A stretch of DNA of 64,000 nt from an uncultured delta proteobacterium (GTDB lineage: Bacteria > Desulfobacterota > Binatia > UBA9968): contig CAWDPO010000009.1 in NCBI GenBank assembly GCA_963804165.1, positions 32,001-96,000 on the forward strand, in the 5' to 3' direction. The notes under the pieces are model-generated. The model saw only the letters and a list, made by a program, of their open reading frames with translations. It did no database searches and was not told where the DNA came from. A program made the translations under genes and the position numbers. Position 1 is the stretch's first letter; every line of letters starts with the position of its first letter. Shown piece by piece: positions 10,010-20,593 of the stretch.

Positions 10010-10645
10010 TTATCGGCCAACCTGCTGAAGCGCCTGCAGATCGCCGCGATAGGAATCATAGAAACGCAGAACTCGACGCACATATTCCCTGGTTTCAGAG
10101 AACGGCGGAATCCCCTGATGCTTTTCCACGGCGCCACTGCCGGCGTTGTACGCGGCGAGGGACAGTTCAAGGTCGCCTTGATAGCGGTCAAGCAACATCC
10201 TCAGATGACGGGCTCCTCCCTCGACGTTTTCGCTGGGATTGTAAGCATCTCCGATATTGTGAAGTCGCGCAGTTTCGGGCATGAGTTGCATGAGACCCAT
10301 GGCCCCCTTTTGGGAACGAGCCTTCGCGTTGAAATCCGATTCAGCCTTGATGACCGCACGAATTAGGTCCGCGTCGATACTATGGCGCCCCGACGCTGTT
10401 TGGATAACATCATCATAAGACACGTTAACCAGAGGACCAACGGAAGCTTGTCCGCGACTTTCTCGGAGCACGCGGCGATATCCACCGTGGTTGGGCACAT
10501 TGGTAAACGTTAACACTCCGTTCTTATCCTTATAAACGTAGACATCAGCAAGTGCTGAAGCAACCACAACGGCCGTCGTTCCGAGCGCGACAGCTAAGAA
10601 TATGATTTGTTTAAATTTAATGTGGACCTGCCCAAAAGAAGTCAC
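10010..10645 (-). CDS. Soluble lytic transglycosylase (SLT domain with N-terminal DUF4124)
   Basis: AVIKAES, GAMGLMQLMP and LAAYNAG motifs. Confidence 0.92.
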   Translation of the reverse strand: MTSFGQVHIKFKQIIFLAVALGTTAVVVASALADVYVYKDKNGVLTFTNVPNHGGYRRVLRESRGQASVGPLVNVSYDDVIQTASGRHSIDADLIRAVIKAESDFNAKARSQKGAMGLMQLMPETARLHNIGDAYNPSENVEGGARHLRMLLDRYQGDLELSLAAYNAGSGAVEKHQGIPPFSETREYVRRVLRFYDSYRGDLQALQQVGR

Positions 10646-10660
10646 AGGATAACCGCAGCG

Positions 10661-11155
10661 CTAGTTCCTGTCAAACGGCCTTCTCTGTCGTCTGTGCCTT
10701 TCGTGGCAATAACCTCGACTTCCACTGTTTTGCCTAGGAAGGAGCCCTCCGTCCGATGCAAGCAACTGCTCGATGAGGCGGCGATCCCCCTCGAGAAAAT
10801 CCAACGATCCAAGATCCATTACCTTGACCCAAGACATCTGTTGGAAAACCAGGTTTTTTGCTGCGCCCTCGAACGATTTAACGTCGTAAAAACACAGCGA
10901 GACCCGCGGCCCGTCGGCATAGGCATACTCATATTCGCTGGTGAGTTCGGCATCGCGTATTTCAATGCCCAACTCCTCTTTCAACTCGCGGCGTAGAGCG
11001 TCGAGATCGCTCTCCCCTTTTTCCACTTTTCCTCCCGGGAACTCCCATTTCAAAGGAAATTTCGCGCTCGCATGGCGCTGGCAAACGAGCAATCGCTCGT
11101 CACTAAAGATGAGCCCGGCGACGACTCTGACCGTCGGTTGGTCTGCTTGATTCAT
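10661..11155 (-). CDS. MutT-like NUDIX (d)NTP pyrophosphohydrolase
   Basis: WEFPGGKVEKGESDLDALRRELKEELG NUDIX box. Start trimmed to ATG 11155 to avoid the tRNA. Confidence 0.88.
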   Translation of the reverse strand: MNQADQPTVRVVAGLIFSDERLLVCQRHASAKFPLKWEFPGGKVEKGESDLDALRRELKEELGIEIRDAELTSEYEYAYADGPRVSLCFYDVKSFEGAAKNLVFQQMSWVKVMDLGSLDFLEGDRRLIEQLLASDGGLLPRQNSGSRGYCHERHRRQRRPFDRN

Positions 11156-11182
11156 CAACGACGCTTGTCTGTAGATAAGAGT

Positions 11183-11259
11183 TGGCGCGCCTGGAGGGAT
11201 TCGAACCCCCAACCCCCAGATCCGAAGTCTGGTGCTCTGTCCAGTTGAGCTACAGGCGC
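11183..11259 (-). tRNA. tRNA-Arg(TCG)
   Basis: GCGCCTGTAGCTCAACTGGACAGAGCACCAGACT-TCG-GATCTGGGGGTTGGGGGTTCGAATCCCTCCAGGCGCGCCA. Confidence 0.95.
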
Positions 11260-11277
11260 ACGTCGGGCCGTAGCGGG

Positions 11278-13095
11278 TTAGCGAAAATAAACGATCTCGA
11301 GCCCCTTTTCAAAAAAGAATTGATGCAGCGCCCGTGGAATCTGGCGGTCCGTCACGAACATCGGCCTCTTGGTGAGCTGAAAACCCCAAGCCTTTACGGT
11401 GAGCCGGTCCTGCGCCGAACCGGATGCGGCTGAAAATCGATGCTCTCGATAAGCGACTTGATCGCCGAGCAGGCTCAACAATCGAGAAATCAATTCTCGG
11501 GTCGAAAGCGACTTGAGATCTAATTCCACGGTCTTGATGCCGTGTTTGTCTTGCAACGATTTGCGCGTCTCCGGGTCCGTGCTGTGGAAGAACAGCGCCG
11601 TGCGCTGGCCACCCAGCTCGAATACTCGATCCGTGCGAGTATCGACCCGCAGTCCGTCACCCAGCTCGACGGATAAAATTTCGGCGACTCCGAAACTGAC
11701 CCCGTAGGATAACAGCAGTGCGTCAACGATTTCCTGTTTATCCGACGGCCAAGTTTTTATCTGCGACGGAGTCGCTTTCGGCTCATTCGGTTCGGGCGTG
11801 TTGGAGCGCGAGTCTTTCGACGTGGAAGGGGGTACAACATCACGCAAATGCAACCCCTTTTTTGCCAACTCGGATCTCAAATAGTCTGGAATCTCATTGG
11901 GGTTATCGGTTAAATTGATCACGTACACTTCTTGCGGTTTGTTGCTGACCTCGGGGGCGAGAACCATCCAGTTCCCTTTTGCTTCCAAGGCCACGCCTTC
12001 CTCCTGAACCACCACCGGTCGATCTGCCGGCAACGCCTGATAACCAAGTCCCGCCAGGAGCTGGCCAATGGCGTCCTGTACGGAGAGTCCGTTGGCCATC
12101 GCCAAGACTGGCGTGCCGATGCTCGGATCGTTCAACTTCGTCTTAAGCGATGCCGGAATTTTGCCGTCGGGATCGACAACCAATCTTTGCCGCAAAGTCG
12201 GATTGACGATCACCGGGTAGGCACTTCTTTCGAAACGCACGGTGCCGTCCTTCAAGGTGACGACCTCTTCGCCGCTTTGCTGCATCTCACCGCCCATCGC
12301 TTCAGCGACCTTGGCGAACAGCGGCATATTTTCCTTTGCCGGCGCGCGAAGCGTTTGGCGCACATCAAACGCCGGCGAACCTGTTTTCACCTGCGCGGGT
12401 GGCTTCGGCTGCACCGCAATGACGGGTTCCGGACTTCGTTTAAGCGCTGGCGCCCCGCTCCTCTCCGCGCTCGCCACCTGAAGTTCTGTTCCAACCGTAG
12501 GTAAGCGAATGGTCTCGCCTTCCACTAGATTATCCCAATCCTTTCGTTCCGGATTGAGATCTCTGACGAGCGAATAGTATTGTGCGAGCTTTCGTTCCTC
12601 GGAGAGCTTCAATTGTTCCCGCAAAATTTGATAGAGATGCTCGCCGGATTTTACCCGATAGTTTATCGTCGTCCCGGTTTTTACCGGGTTGCGTTCGGCG
12701 CCGGTCTCGGTGTGCGCGCGCGCTTCAATTGTGCCTTCCAGCTGCAACGGAATGAAGATCTTGTCACCGATACGAAGCACATCGAGGTTTTTTATCTGTG
12801 GGTTTAAGCCGCGAATAACGACCAGATAGCTGCGAAATTTTTGACCCGGTAAACCCTTTTCTTCGACCAGTATGCGCCACAGTGAGTCGCCGCGACCGAT
12901 CGGGCGCTCTTCGCCTTCGACCTGCTGCCCTTGATACTCGCGCGTGTTGACCGATTTACGCAGACTCATCTCAGCCGGATCACTACGCGCGCCGGGCTGT
13001 TCCTGGGCGTGTCCGGTGCTCAGCGCACCCTGGACGCCGCAACTCAGCCCGACAACTAAAAGTAACCGGTAAAAAAAGACCCCTCGGCAGGTCAC
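11278..13095 (-). CDS. Exported protein with two LysM-like domains
   Basis: Signal peptide; GDSLWRI...LNPQIKNLDVLRIGDKIFIP and YRVKSGEHLYQI...LNPE...EGETIRLP. Confidence 0.75.
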   Translation of the reverse strand: MTCRGVFFYRLLLVVGLSCGVQGALSTGHAQEQPGARSDPAEMSLRKSVNTREYQGQQVEGEERPIGRGDSLWRILVEEKGLPGQKFRSYLVVIRGLNPQIKNLDVLRIGDKIFIPLQLEGTIEARAHTETGAERNPVKTGTTINYRVKSGEHLYQILREQLKLSEERKLAQYYSLVRDLNPERKDWDNLVEGETIRLPTVGTELQVASAERSGAPALKRSPEPVIAVQPKPPAQVKTGSPAFDVRQTLRAPAKENMPLFAKVAEAMGGEMQQSGEEVVTLKDGTVRFERSAYPVIVNPTLRQRLVVDPDGKIPASLKTKLNDPSIGTPVLAMANGLSVQDAIGQLLAGLGYQALPADRPVVVQEEGVALEAKGNWMVLAPEVSNKPQEVYVINLTDNPNEIPDYLRSELAKKGLHLRDVVPPSTSKDSRSNTPEPNEPKATPSQIKTWPSDKQEIVDALLLSYGVSFGVAEILSVELGDGLRVDTRTDRVFELGGQRTALFFHSTDPETRKSLQDKHGIKTVELDLKSLSTRELISRLLSLLGDQVAYREHRFSAASGSAQDRLTVKAWGFQLTKRPMFVTDRQIPRALHQFFFEKGLEIVYFR

Positions 13096-14499
13096 CTACT
13101 TAACCTTCCAGATCGTTCCCTTGACCGTATCTTCAAGCACCACCCCATGCTGGACCAACTGTTCGCGAATTCGGTCCGCCTCCTGCCAGTTTTTTTCCGA
13201 GCGCGCCTTGTTGCGCCGATCGATCAATTCTTTGATGTGCCGGATCGAGATGTTCGCCTTGTCGAGGAAGCGCTGCTTTTTTCTTTCCGCAAAGCCGTCG
13301 CGTTGGAAACCTAGTGTATCACAAATTGCGCGCAGCGCAGAGCCTCGAGTGTCGATTCCGTGTAATTTTTTGCCGTCGAGCAATCGATTGAGCGCACGAA
13401 CCTCGTCGAAGACCAACGCCAGCGCGCGCGGCGTATTGAAGTCATCGTCCATCTCGTGGCGAAAAGCCTCCATCAACGCGGGATCGGCCGCAGCCCGGGC
13501 ACCTGCACCGATCGACTCATCGATTCTGTCCAAGGTTTCATAGATTCGATCCACTGCCCTGGCGGCTTCGGTCAGACCGTCTTTGGAAAAGTCCATTGGA
13601 CTACGATAATGGCTCGCCAGAAAATAATGGCGCAGCGCCGCAGGGTCGAAGTCGTCGAGGATTTCGCGGATCGTAAAGAAATTTCCCAGTGATTTTGACA
13701 TTTTTTCCTGATTGATATTCAGAAAACCGTTGTGTAGCCAGAAGCGCGCTAGCGGCCGGCCGAACGCCCCCTCGGACTGAGCGATTTCATTTTCATGGTG
13801 CGGAAAAATAAGATCCCGCCCGCCGCCGTGAATGTCGAACGGCTGCCCGAGATACTTGGTGCTCATCGCCGAACATTCGATATGCCAGCCCGGACGACCC
13901 CGTCCCCAGGGACTCTCCCATGTCGGTTCCCCGGGTTTGCTCGATTTCCACAAGGCGAAGTCGAGTGGCGAGCGCTTGCGCTCGTCGACCTCGACGCGGG
14001 CGCCGGCCTCAAGCTCGTCGATGTTTTTGCGCGATAATTTTCCGTAATCGGCAAAACCCGCCACGGAAAAGAACACGTCCCCGTCGATCTGATAGGCCAG
14101 TCCTTCTGTCTCCAGCTTTTTGATATGTTCAATAATCTCGGCAATGTGCCCCGTGGCGCGCGGCTCGATGGTCGGGGCCCGCAATCCGAGCGCGGCGCTG
14201 TCTTGATGGAATTCGCCGATGTAATGTTCGCTGATCGCGTCCGAACTCACCTGCTCCTCGTTGGCGCGCTTGATGATTTTGTCGTCGACGTCGGTGAAGT
14301 TGCGCACATAGGTCACGTCGAGGCCCAGCCAACGAAGGTAGCGATAGATCACGTCAAAGGTGATCAAGAAGCGGCAATGCCCCAGATGCGCCGAATCGTA
14401 GACGGTCACGCCGCAGACGTACATATGCACACGTCCAGGCGTCAGCGGCGTGAAGATTTCCTTCTCCCCGCTGAGAGTATTGAAAATTGTGAGTGCCAT
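13096..14499 (-). CDS. cysS: Cysteine--tRNA ligase
   Basis: MYVCGVTVYD, HLGH, GRPGWHIECSAM and KMSKS. Confidence 0.98.
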   Translation of the reverse strand: MALTIFNTLSGEKEIFTPLTPGRVHMYVCGVTVYDSAHLGHCRFLITFDVIYRYLRWLGLDVTYVRNFTDVDDKIIKRANEEQVSSDAISEHYIGEFHQDSAALGLRAPTIEPRATGHIAEIIEHIKKLETEGLAYQIDGDVFFSVAGFADYGKLSRKNIDELEAGARVEVDERKRSPLDFALWKSSKPGEPTWESPWGRGRPGWHIECSAMSTKYLGQPFDIHGGGRDLIFPHHENEIAQSEGAFGRPLARFWLHNGFLNINQEKMSKSLGNFFTIREILDDFDPAALRHYFLASHYRSPMDFSKDGLTEAARAVDRIYETLDRIDESIGAGARAAADPALMEAFRHEMDDDFNTPRALALVFDEVRALNRLLDGKKLHGIDTRGSALRAICDTLGFQRDGFAERKKQRFLDKANISIRHIKELIDRRNKARSEKNWQEADRIREQLVQHGVVLEDTVKGTIWKVK

Positions 14500-14599
14500 A
14501 TTAGTGAGTTTTCAATCTTACGGATCAGCCCATTTTTTGCAACCTGATTACGTCACCGCAGCTTGCGAAAGCGGACAAAAAAGCATAGACAAAATTTCT

Positions 14600-16258
14600 A
14601 TGAATTTCGCCAAACCCTACGAAGATCTGCGCGAATTTATCGCCGCATTGGATGAACACGACAAATTGTACCGCATTCACCGCGAAATCAACAAAGACAG
14701 CGAGCTGCAACCTTTAGTTCGCTGGCAGTTCCGCGGCGGCATACCGGAAGAGGCGCGGCGCGGATTCTTATTCGACAACGTCACCGACGGTAAGAATCGC
14801 AAGTATGACTGCCAAGTTCTCGTTGGCGGCCTGTCGAGCTCCGAGTCGATTTATTGCTTGGGACTTAAATGCCAGCCCGACGAAGTGGCCGATCGCTGGA
14901 TCTACGCCATGGATCATTTGATCGATCCCATCGTCGTCGCTTCCGGTTCGTGTCAGGAGGAAATTCATAAGGGCGATCAACTGCTCGCACACGGCGGCTT
15001 GATGGAATTTGCGGTGCCCATGTCGACGCCGGGATTCGACAATGGCCCCTACATCACGGCGGGACACTGGATCACTAAAGATCCGCAAACTAGCAAGCGC
15101 AACGTCGGCAACTATCGCGGTTTGATCAAAGGGCCGACTTCGACCGGACTGATGTCGGGCACCCCGCAAGATCTGTCGACCCATTGGGAAAAATGCCGAA
15201 AGATGGGCAAGCCACTCGAGGTCGCGATCGTTGTAGGCACGATACCTGCCGTGTCCTACTGCGCCACTCAGAAAGTGCCGCCGGAGATCGACGAGCTCGC
15301 GCTCGCTGGCGGATTGATGGGTGCGCCGGTGAAGCTAGTCAAATGCCAAACCGTCGATCTCGAAGTGCCTGCCAGTTCCGAAATCGTGCTCGAGGGCATT
15401 ATCCCGACCAACTACATGGAAGAAGAAGGTCCCTACGGCGAGTCGATGGGCTACGTCGATCCGCGCACGTTGAGCACGATGTTCGAACTCAAGTGCGTCA
15501 CCCATCGGAAAAACCCGATATGGGTGTCGATCATCAGCCAGGTCACGCCGAGTGAAAGCTCCAAGATCAAAGCGATGGGCATGGCGACGCTGGTGAAACG
15601 TTTCATCGTGAGCAAGGGCTTTGACTGCGTCAAAGACGTCCACATGATCGAGCCCCTGGTCAACATGCGGCCCTATGTCGCCGTGAGTTTGAAAAAGCGC
15701 AACGATGAAGACCCCTGGGGCGTCATGCAAGCGGTGCTCGATTACGGCGACCGCGTCGGTAAAATGATCGTCGCCGTCGACGAGGACATCAATATCAAAG
15801 ATCCGGTGGCCGTCACCTGGGCGATCACCCATCGTTCGCAGCCGCACAAGGACGTCAAGATCGTCGGCAATCGCCCGTTCGGCGCCACGCCGATCGGCAT
15901 GGTGGCAACGCATCCGTCCAGCCGTTATGACAATTCCGAGTCGTCGCTTCTCATCGACGCTACCCGCAAAGCGGACTTCCCTCCCCTGTCCTTGCCCAAG
16001 GAGGAATTCATGATCCGAGCCAAACAGATCTGGGAGGAACTCGGCTTGCCGAAACTCGAGCCCCAGGAACCTTGGCACGGTTACTTGATGGGGTTGTGGC
16101 CGGAAAATTTAGATCATGAGGCGGAGCTGGCGGCGCAAAGCGAGCATGAGAAAGTTTGGGAGATACTTCGAAAAACCCGAGTTCAGGTGGGCGAAGGTGA
16201 AACCCTCAAGTCCATGCGCGCCAAATGGGGCAAGACGCATTCCGGCAGAGCGGAATAA
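14600..16258 (+). CDS. UbiD-family (de)carboxylase
   Basis: DLREFIAAL, NVGNYR, EGPYGE and VDEDIN. Likely start is ATG 14600. Confidence 0.9.
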   Translation: MNFAKPYEDLREFIAALDEHDKLYRIHREINKDSELQPLVRWQFRGGIPEEARRGFLFDNVTDGKNRKYDCQVLVGGLSSSESIYCLGLKCQPDEVADRWIYAMDHLIDPIVVASGSCQEEIHKGDQLLAHGGLMEFAVPMSTPGFDNGPYITAGHWITKDPQTSKRNVGNYRGLIKGPTSTGLMSGTPQDLSTHWEKCRKMGKPLEVAIVVGTIPAVSYCATQKVPPEIDELALAGGLMGAPVKLVKCQTVDLEVPASSEIVLEGIIPTNYMEEEGPYGESMGYVDPRTLSTMFELKCVTHRKNPIWVSIISQVTPSESSKIKAMGMATLVKRFIVSKGFDCVKDVHMIEPLVNMRPYVAVSLKKRNDEDPWGVMQAVLDYGDRVGKMIVAVDEDINIKDPVAVTWAITHRSQPHKDVKIVGNRPFGATPIGMVATHPSSRYDNSESSLLIDATRKADFPPLSLPKEEFMIRAKQIWEELGLPKLEPQEPWHGYLMGLWPENLDHEAELAAQSEHEKVWEILRKTRVQVGEGETLKSMRAKWGKTHSGRAE

Positions 16259-16489
16259 AGCCATAGTGATCATCTCTGCAGGCTGTCAGTTCTCCCACAC
16301 CGGCTTGACGTTCGTCTCCAACCATTTCCGCGGGTCCTCGGCAAACGCCCTGTTCATGATCGGAATCGGTTTGACGTTGCCTCCCAGGCGCTTTGCTCAT
16401 TCGTTGGGCACGAACGATGGATAAATAGCCGCGGTAGCGAAACCACCTCGGCATCCTCGCTGTTTTCAGATTGTCACTGTTGGCCGGCT

Positions 16490-17380
16490 TTATGGCCGCT
16501 GGGTCTGTTTTGAAGAGTGGCGCAGCAAGGACAACAGGCTGATCAGATTTGGCGAGAGGCGAACACCTTTTCGATAGATGACGTAGCAGGCGATTTTGAT
16601 ATCCTTCAACCTCGGCATCTCGAGCGCTTTGAAATAGCCCTGTCTTAAACCCGCTTCGGCACTGCCGCGATAAAAGAGCCCGACACCCAGGCCCGCCTGG
16701 ACAGCGGTCTTTATTAGATCTATGGATTCGCACCACATCACTACATTGAGGTGCAAACCCAGTTTCTTGATTTTCTCGGTGATGTGTCCTTCGGTGTTCA
16801 TGATGAAAGGAACTTTCGCCAACTCGCTCTCTGTCAGTCTTTTTTTGCTCGCCAGAGCGTGCTTGGCAGATACAACGGCTATTATTTCCTCGGAAGCGAT
16901 GGGCTCTTCGATGATTGCCGGGTGAGCAGGAGCAATCGTCGTGACGGCAACGTCGACCTCTCCATTGAGCACCATGGCTCTAATCGCCTCAGGGTAGCCG
17001 GTGCGCAGAGTCGGATGAACATTCGGATGGAGACTGACAAAGGACTTGAGCACGCCCGGCAAAAAGAACGCCGCCGGGCTGGGCGTGCTCCCCACCCGGA
17101 GCGTGCTGGCACGCGCATAAGTGACGCGGTTCAGAAAAGTACCGCGAAGCTCTTCCATCTGCTTTAGGATCGGCTTAGCGGCTATCTGCAACAAACGGCC
17201 TTCGTCAGTAATTTTGATGCCCCGTCCGGATTTGACGTAAAGTTTTAGACCACATTCGCGTTCGAGAAAGCGCAACTGTTTGGATACTGAGGGCTGGCTG
17301 ATTTTAATTTTTCGCGCCGCTTCGGTAACGCTCAACTGTTCGGCAACGGCATCGAATATTTCCAGTTGATGGAAAGTCAT
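16490..17380 (-). CDS. LysR-family transcriptional regulator
   Basis: MTFHQLEIF...SQPSVSKQLRFLE HTH; divergent from the catabolic cluster. Confidence 0.92.
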   Translation of the reverse strand: MTFHQLEIFDAVAEQLSVTEAARKIKISQPSVSKQLRFLERECGLKLYVKSGRGIKITDEGRLLQIAAKPILKQMEELRGTFLNRVTYARASTLRVGSTPSPAAFFLPGVLKSFVSLHPNVHPTLRTGYPEAIRAMVLNGEVDVAVTTIAPAHPAIIEEPIASEEIIAVVSAKHALASKKRLTESELAKVPFIMNTEGHITEKIKKLGLHLNVVMWCESIDLIKTAVQAGLGVGLFYRGSAEAGLRQGYFKALEMPRLKDIKIACYVIYRKGVRLSPNLISLLSLLRHSSKQTQRP

Positions 17381-17401
17381 AGAATTTATTCTACGGTTTC
17401 A

Positions 17402-17425
17402 ACACATACCCTTTTGTCTATGTGT
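17402..17425. promoter_or_regulatory. Candidate regulator operator in the divergent LysR promoter
   Basis: Inverted repeat ACACATA-N10-TATGTGT, 22 bp upstream of the LysR start. Confidence 0.5.
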
Positions 17426-17555
17426 AACATGAATAATTTATATTGGACAAGCGCTCTTATCCCGCGTAGCTATGAACAGCGCCGTCGGTGATAATGTCAT
17501 AGCGCACAGTTCACTTCAGTGACAGGTGCTGATTTGGGCTTGGAGGATTAAACCC

Positions 17556-18398
17556 ATGATGGTGTGTCCTTACGATGCATCCAGACTCTTGTTGATTCTG
17601 CAGACCGATCATTCGCGCATCGCCGGATTGCTGGCCGCCCATTGGGGCAACGATCAATTCGCCAAACTTCGGCCGTACGCTTCGATGGTGCTGGCCGCTC
17701 AGGAGCACGATAGCGGCTGGTGGGACTGGGAAATCAAACCCTCCGTCAACGAGCAGGGCTACCCATCCGATTACATCGGGAGCATCAAACACCTGGGTCA
17801 AGGGGTATGGTTGGATCTGTACCGCCGCGCCATCGAGCGCATCGCGGGGCGCGATCTCTACGCTGCATATTTTGTCTCGATGCACGGCGAAGCGTTGTTG
17901 ACTAAAGGAATGGGCCTATTGCCGTCGATGCCCGACTATAGCGGCGATGCCGCTGTACAGGAATTCATCGCCGAGCAAAAAGGTTTGCGCGCCGGATGGT
18001 TGCCGAGGTTGAAGAAAACCCAAGAATTGGCCGATGTGACCACCGAGAAGCATCTGTGGACCAATTTTAATCTGATGGAGGTTTTCGATCAGTTCGCGCA
18101 GTTTGTCTGCAACCGTTATCCGTTAAACAGTCAGGCCAGAAAAAACGGGCCAACACACACGCTGAGCGGGATGTCCGTACCGGTTTCCCCCGAACAGCCG
18201 AACGTAACTCTGACGATCGACGTTCTAAACGAAACCGACGCGGTCGTGCATCCTTTTCCCTTCGACGTGAATGCTCTGAGCCTTTCCTTCGAGGGCAGGC
18301 TCGTGCCGAAGCAGCCATTCTCAACGCAAGAGGAATTCTTACAGCAGTTTTACGGCGGCGAAAGAATCGCCATCAACTATACGCTGCGCGCGGCTTGA
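17556..18398 (+). CDS. DUF3891-family protein (HD-like)
   Basis: LILQTDHSRIAGLLAAHWGN...HDSGW...VSMH pattern; GGAGG RBS before ATG 17556. Confidence 0.75.
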   Translation: MMVCPYDASRLLLILQTDHSRIAGLLAAHWGNDQFAKLRPYASMVLAAQEHDSGWWDWEIKPSVNEQGYPSDYIGSIKHLGQGVWLDLYRRAIERIAGRDLYAAYFVSMHGEALLTKGMGLLPSMPDYSGDAAVQEFIAEQKGLRAGWLPRLKKTQELADVTTEKHLWTNFNLMEVFDQFAQFVCNRYPLNSQARKNGPTHTLSGMSVPVSPEQPNVTLTIDVLNETDAVVHPFPFDVNALSLSFEGRLVPKQPFSTQEEFLQQFYGGERIAINYTLRAA

Positions 18399-18415
18399 TG
18401 GCTGCTCAGTAATCG

Positions 18416-19513
18416 ATGCCGGAAAACAGGAGGCAGTGGGTGCCACGAACAGAGATGGTTATTGACGCCGACGCCCATGTGTTTGAGCCCCATGACATTT
18501 GGTTGCGTTACTTGGATGCGTCGCTGCGTGAAGTTGTGACCAGGACCCCGGGACTCGAGAACGGCAACAGCACGGGCAATGATGGCCCAACGAGTCGTTT
18601 TCCATTGGGTTTCATTCCTGAAACCGGTCGTAAGGATCTTCTTCAACTGGCCGCCGACCCTGAGACTCGCCTCAAAGTTATGGATGACGAAGGCATCGAT
18701 CGCGTCGCTCTCTTCCCGACGCACGCGCTTCGTCTTGGCGGTGTGCGCCAGCCGCAACTTGGGCCAGCGCTCTTTCGCGCTTACAACGATTGGCTGGCCG
18801 AACATTGCGCGCCGAACAAAGAGAGACTGCTCGGAGTTGCGATGATCCCGCTTCAGGAACCAGAACTGGCGGTGAAAGAGGCAGAGCGCGCCGTCGCGGA
18901 ACTGGGTCATCGCGGCCTATTTATCTCGCCGCACCCAGTGGACAACCGCAATCTCGATCATCCAGCCTATGAGCCCCTTTGGAGCCTGGCCGAGAAACTC
19001 AACGTTCCGGCGTTGGTCCATGTCAGTACTGGGATTCGTTTACCGACGGCCGGCGCGGAACGATTCGATCGCTACTCACTTTTCCATTTGCATGCCCATC
19101 CCATGGAACAGATGACCGCGGCGGCCAGCCTGATTCTCGGCGGGGTCCTGGAGCGCCATCCCCGACTACGCGTGGGCTTTATGGAGGCGGGCTGTGGTTG
19201 GGTTCCCTATTGGCTAGAGCGGATGGATGAGCATGCCGAGACTTATCGATTCGAAGTGCCGCATTTAAAAGAGCGACCAAGTGTCTATTTTCGCCGCCAG
19301 TGTTTTGTCTCTTTCGAGCTCGAGGAACGGGCCCTGCCCCATGTTGCTGACACCGTTGGCGCTGAGACATTAGTGTTCGCGTCCGATTTTCCGCATCACG
19401 ATTGTTTCTTTCCGGGAGCGGTGGAAAAGATTCGTAGACGAACGGATCTCGATGCCGAGCTTGTTTCGGCTATGTTAAGCGACAATCCGAACAGATTGTA
19501 TTTCGGCGACTAG
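18416..19513 (+). CDS. Amidohydrolase_2 family metal-dependent hydrolase/decarboxylase
   Basis: IDADAH, AYNDWL, MEAGCGW and FASDFPH. Confidence 0.88.
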   Translation: MPENRRQWVPRTEMVIDADAHVFEPHDIWLRYLDASLREVVTRTPGLENGNSTGNDGPTSRFPLGFIPETGRKDLLQLAADPETRLKVMDDEGIDRVALFPTHALRLGGVRQPQLGPALFRAYNDWLAEHCAPNKERLLGVAMIPLQEPELAVKEAERAVAELGHRGLFISPHPVDNRNLDHPAYEPLWSLAEKLNVPALVHVSTGIRLPTAGAERFDRYSLFHLHAHPMEQMTAAASLILGGVLERHPRLRVGFMEAGCGWVPYWLERMDEHAETYRFEVPHLKERPSVYFRRQCFVSFELEERALPHVADTVGAETLVFASDFPHHDCFFPGAVEKIRRRTDLDAELVSAMLSDNPNRLYFGD

Positions 19514-19520
19514 GCCAAGG

Positions 19521-20495
19521 ATGAGTATCAAACTATTACGGCTTGCCGGCGGGTTGATCGCCGCTCTCATATTCTTTCCTTCGGTCAGGTGTTCGGCGCA
19601 ATCCAACCCGCGGGCAATTATTCATATCCCGACGAAGAGCCTGACCTCCATGCCGCTTTTTTTTGGCAAAGACAAATGGTTTTTTGCGCGTGAGAACGTC
19701 GATGTGGATCTGGTCCTGATGTCACCGCCCACGGCGATCGCGGCACTCGTTGCCGGAGAGCTGGATTTCTCTACCACAGTCGGCGCCGGAATTTCCGCGA
19801 CGATGCGGGGGCTGCCGATCAAGCGCATCCTGTACATTCAACAGTTCGTGACTTTTGCCCTTATGGCCGCGCCGGAAATTAAAAATGTTCGCGACCTCGT
19901 CGGCAAATCGGTAGGTGCCGTGGCGCTGACCGACGCGACAGCTATTGCGGCGCGGGAGATTATCAAAGGAAACGGCGTCGATCCTTCGGCGGTCAATTTT
20001 TTCTATACTCAAAGCACGGAAAGCTCTCGCACAGCCTTGATGTCCAAAAAACTCGCCGCGGCCATGCTGCCTCCACCTTTCGCCGAGGAGACTCAAGTGA
20101 GAGGTTTTATCCGATTGGCCGATGCAAAGGACTACGCGCCGCTGAGCGGCATCGGGTTATTGGCCTCTTCAGATACGCTCAAAAAGAACTCGATCAAGGC
20201 GCTCTCGGTGATCCGTGCCGTACTGCGGACCATGCTCTATATGCGCGATCCAAAAAATCATAGCGAGCTGGTGGATTACATTCTAAAGATTCACAAAATC
20301 GACTCCAGCGTCGCCGCCGAAGCTCTAGCGACGGTAATGGCGGTGTACAGCAAGGATGGCACCAAGCCTCGAGAGGCCGTGCAGAAAGAGATCGATATCT
20401 ACCGCGAGGCGCTGAAGGTTACCAAACCCTTTACACCCGAAGAATTAGAAGATATGAGCCACCAAAAGCCCGCTTATGAATTTCTGAATCGCTAG
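19521..20495 (+). CDS. NMT1/SsuA/TauA-type ABC substrate-binding protein
   Basis: Signal peptide; ALVAGELDF and DLVGKSVG. Confidence 0.8.
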   Translation: MSIKLLRLAGGLIAALIFFPSVRCSAQSNPRAIIHIPTKSLTSMPLFFGKDKWFFARENVDVDLVLMSPPTAIAALVAGELDFSTTVGAGISATMRGLPIKRILYIQQFVTFALMAAPEIKNVRDLVGKSVGAVALTDATAIAAREIIKGNGVDPSAVNFFYTQSTESSRTALMSKKLAAAMLPPPFAEETQVRGFIRLADAKDYAPLSGIGLLASSDTLKKNSIKALSVIRAVLRTMLYMRDPKNHSELVDYILKIHKIDSSVAAEALATVMAVYSKDGTKPREAVQKEIDIYREALKVTKPFTPEELEDMSHQKPAYEFLNR

Positions 20496-20593
20496 CCGTG
20501 CGCAGCGGTGAAGGGATTTGGCTGTTCCGTGATAGGTCGAGACAGTAACCCGGGTGAATTTTTGCTTCAGAAGAAGCGAAGGGAGACACTGAA

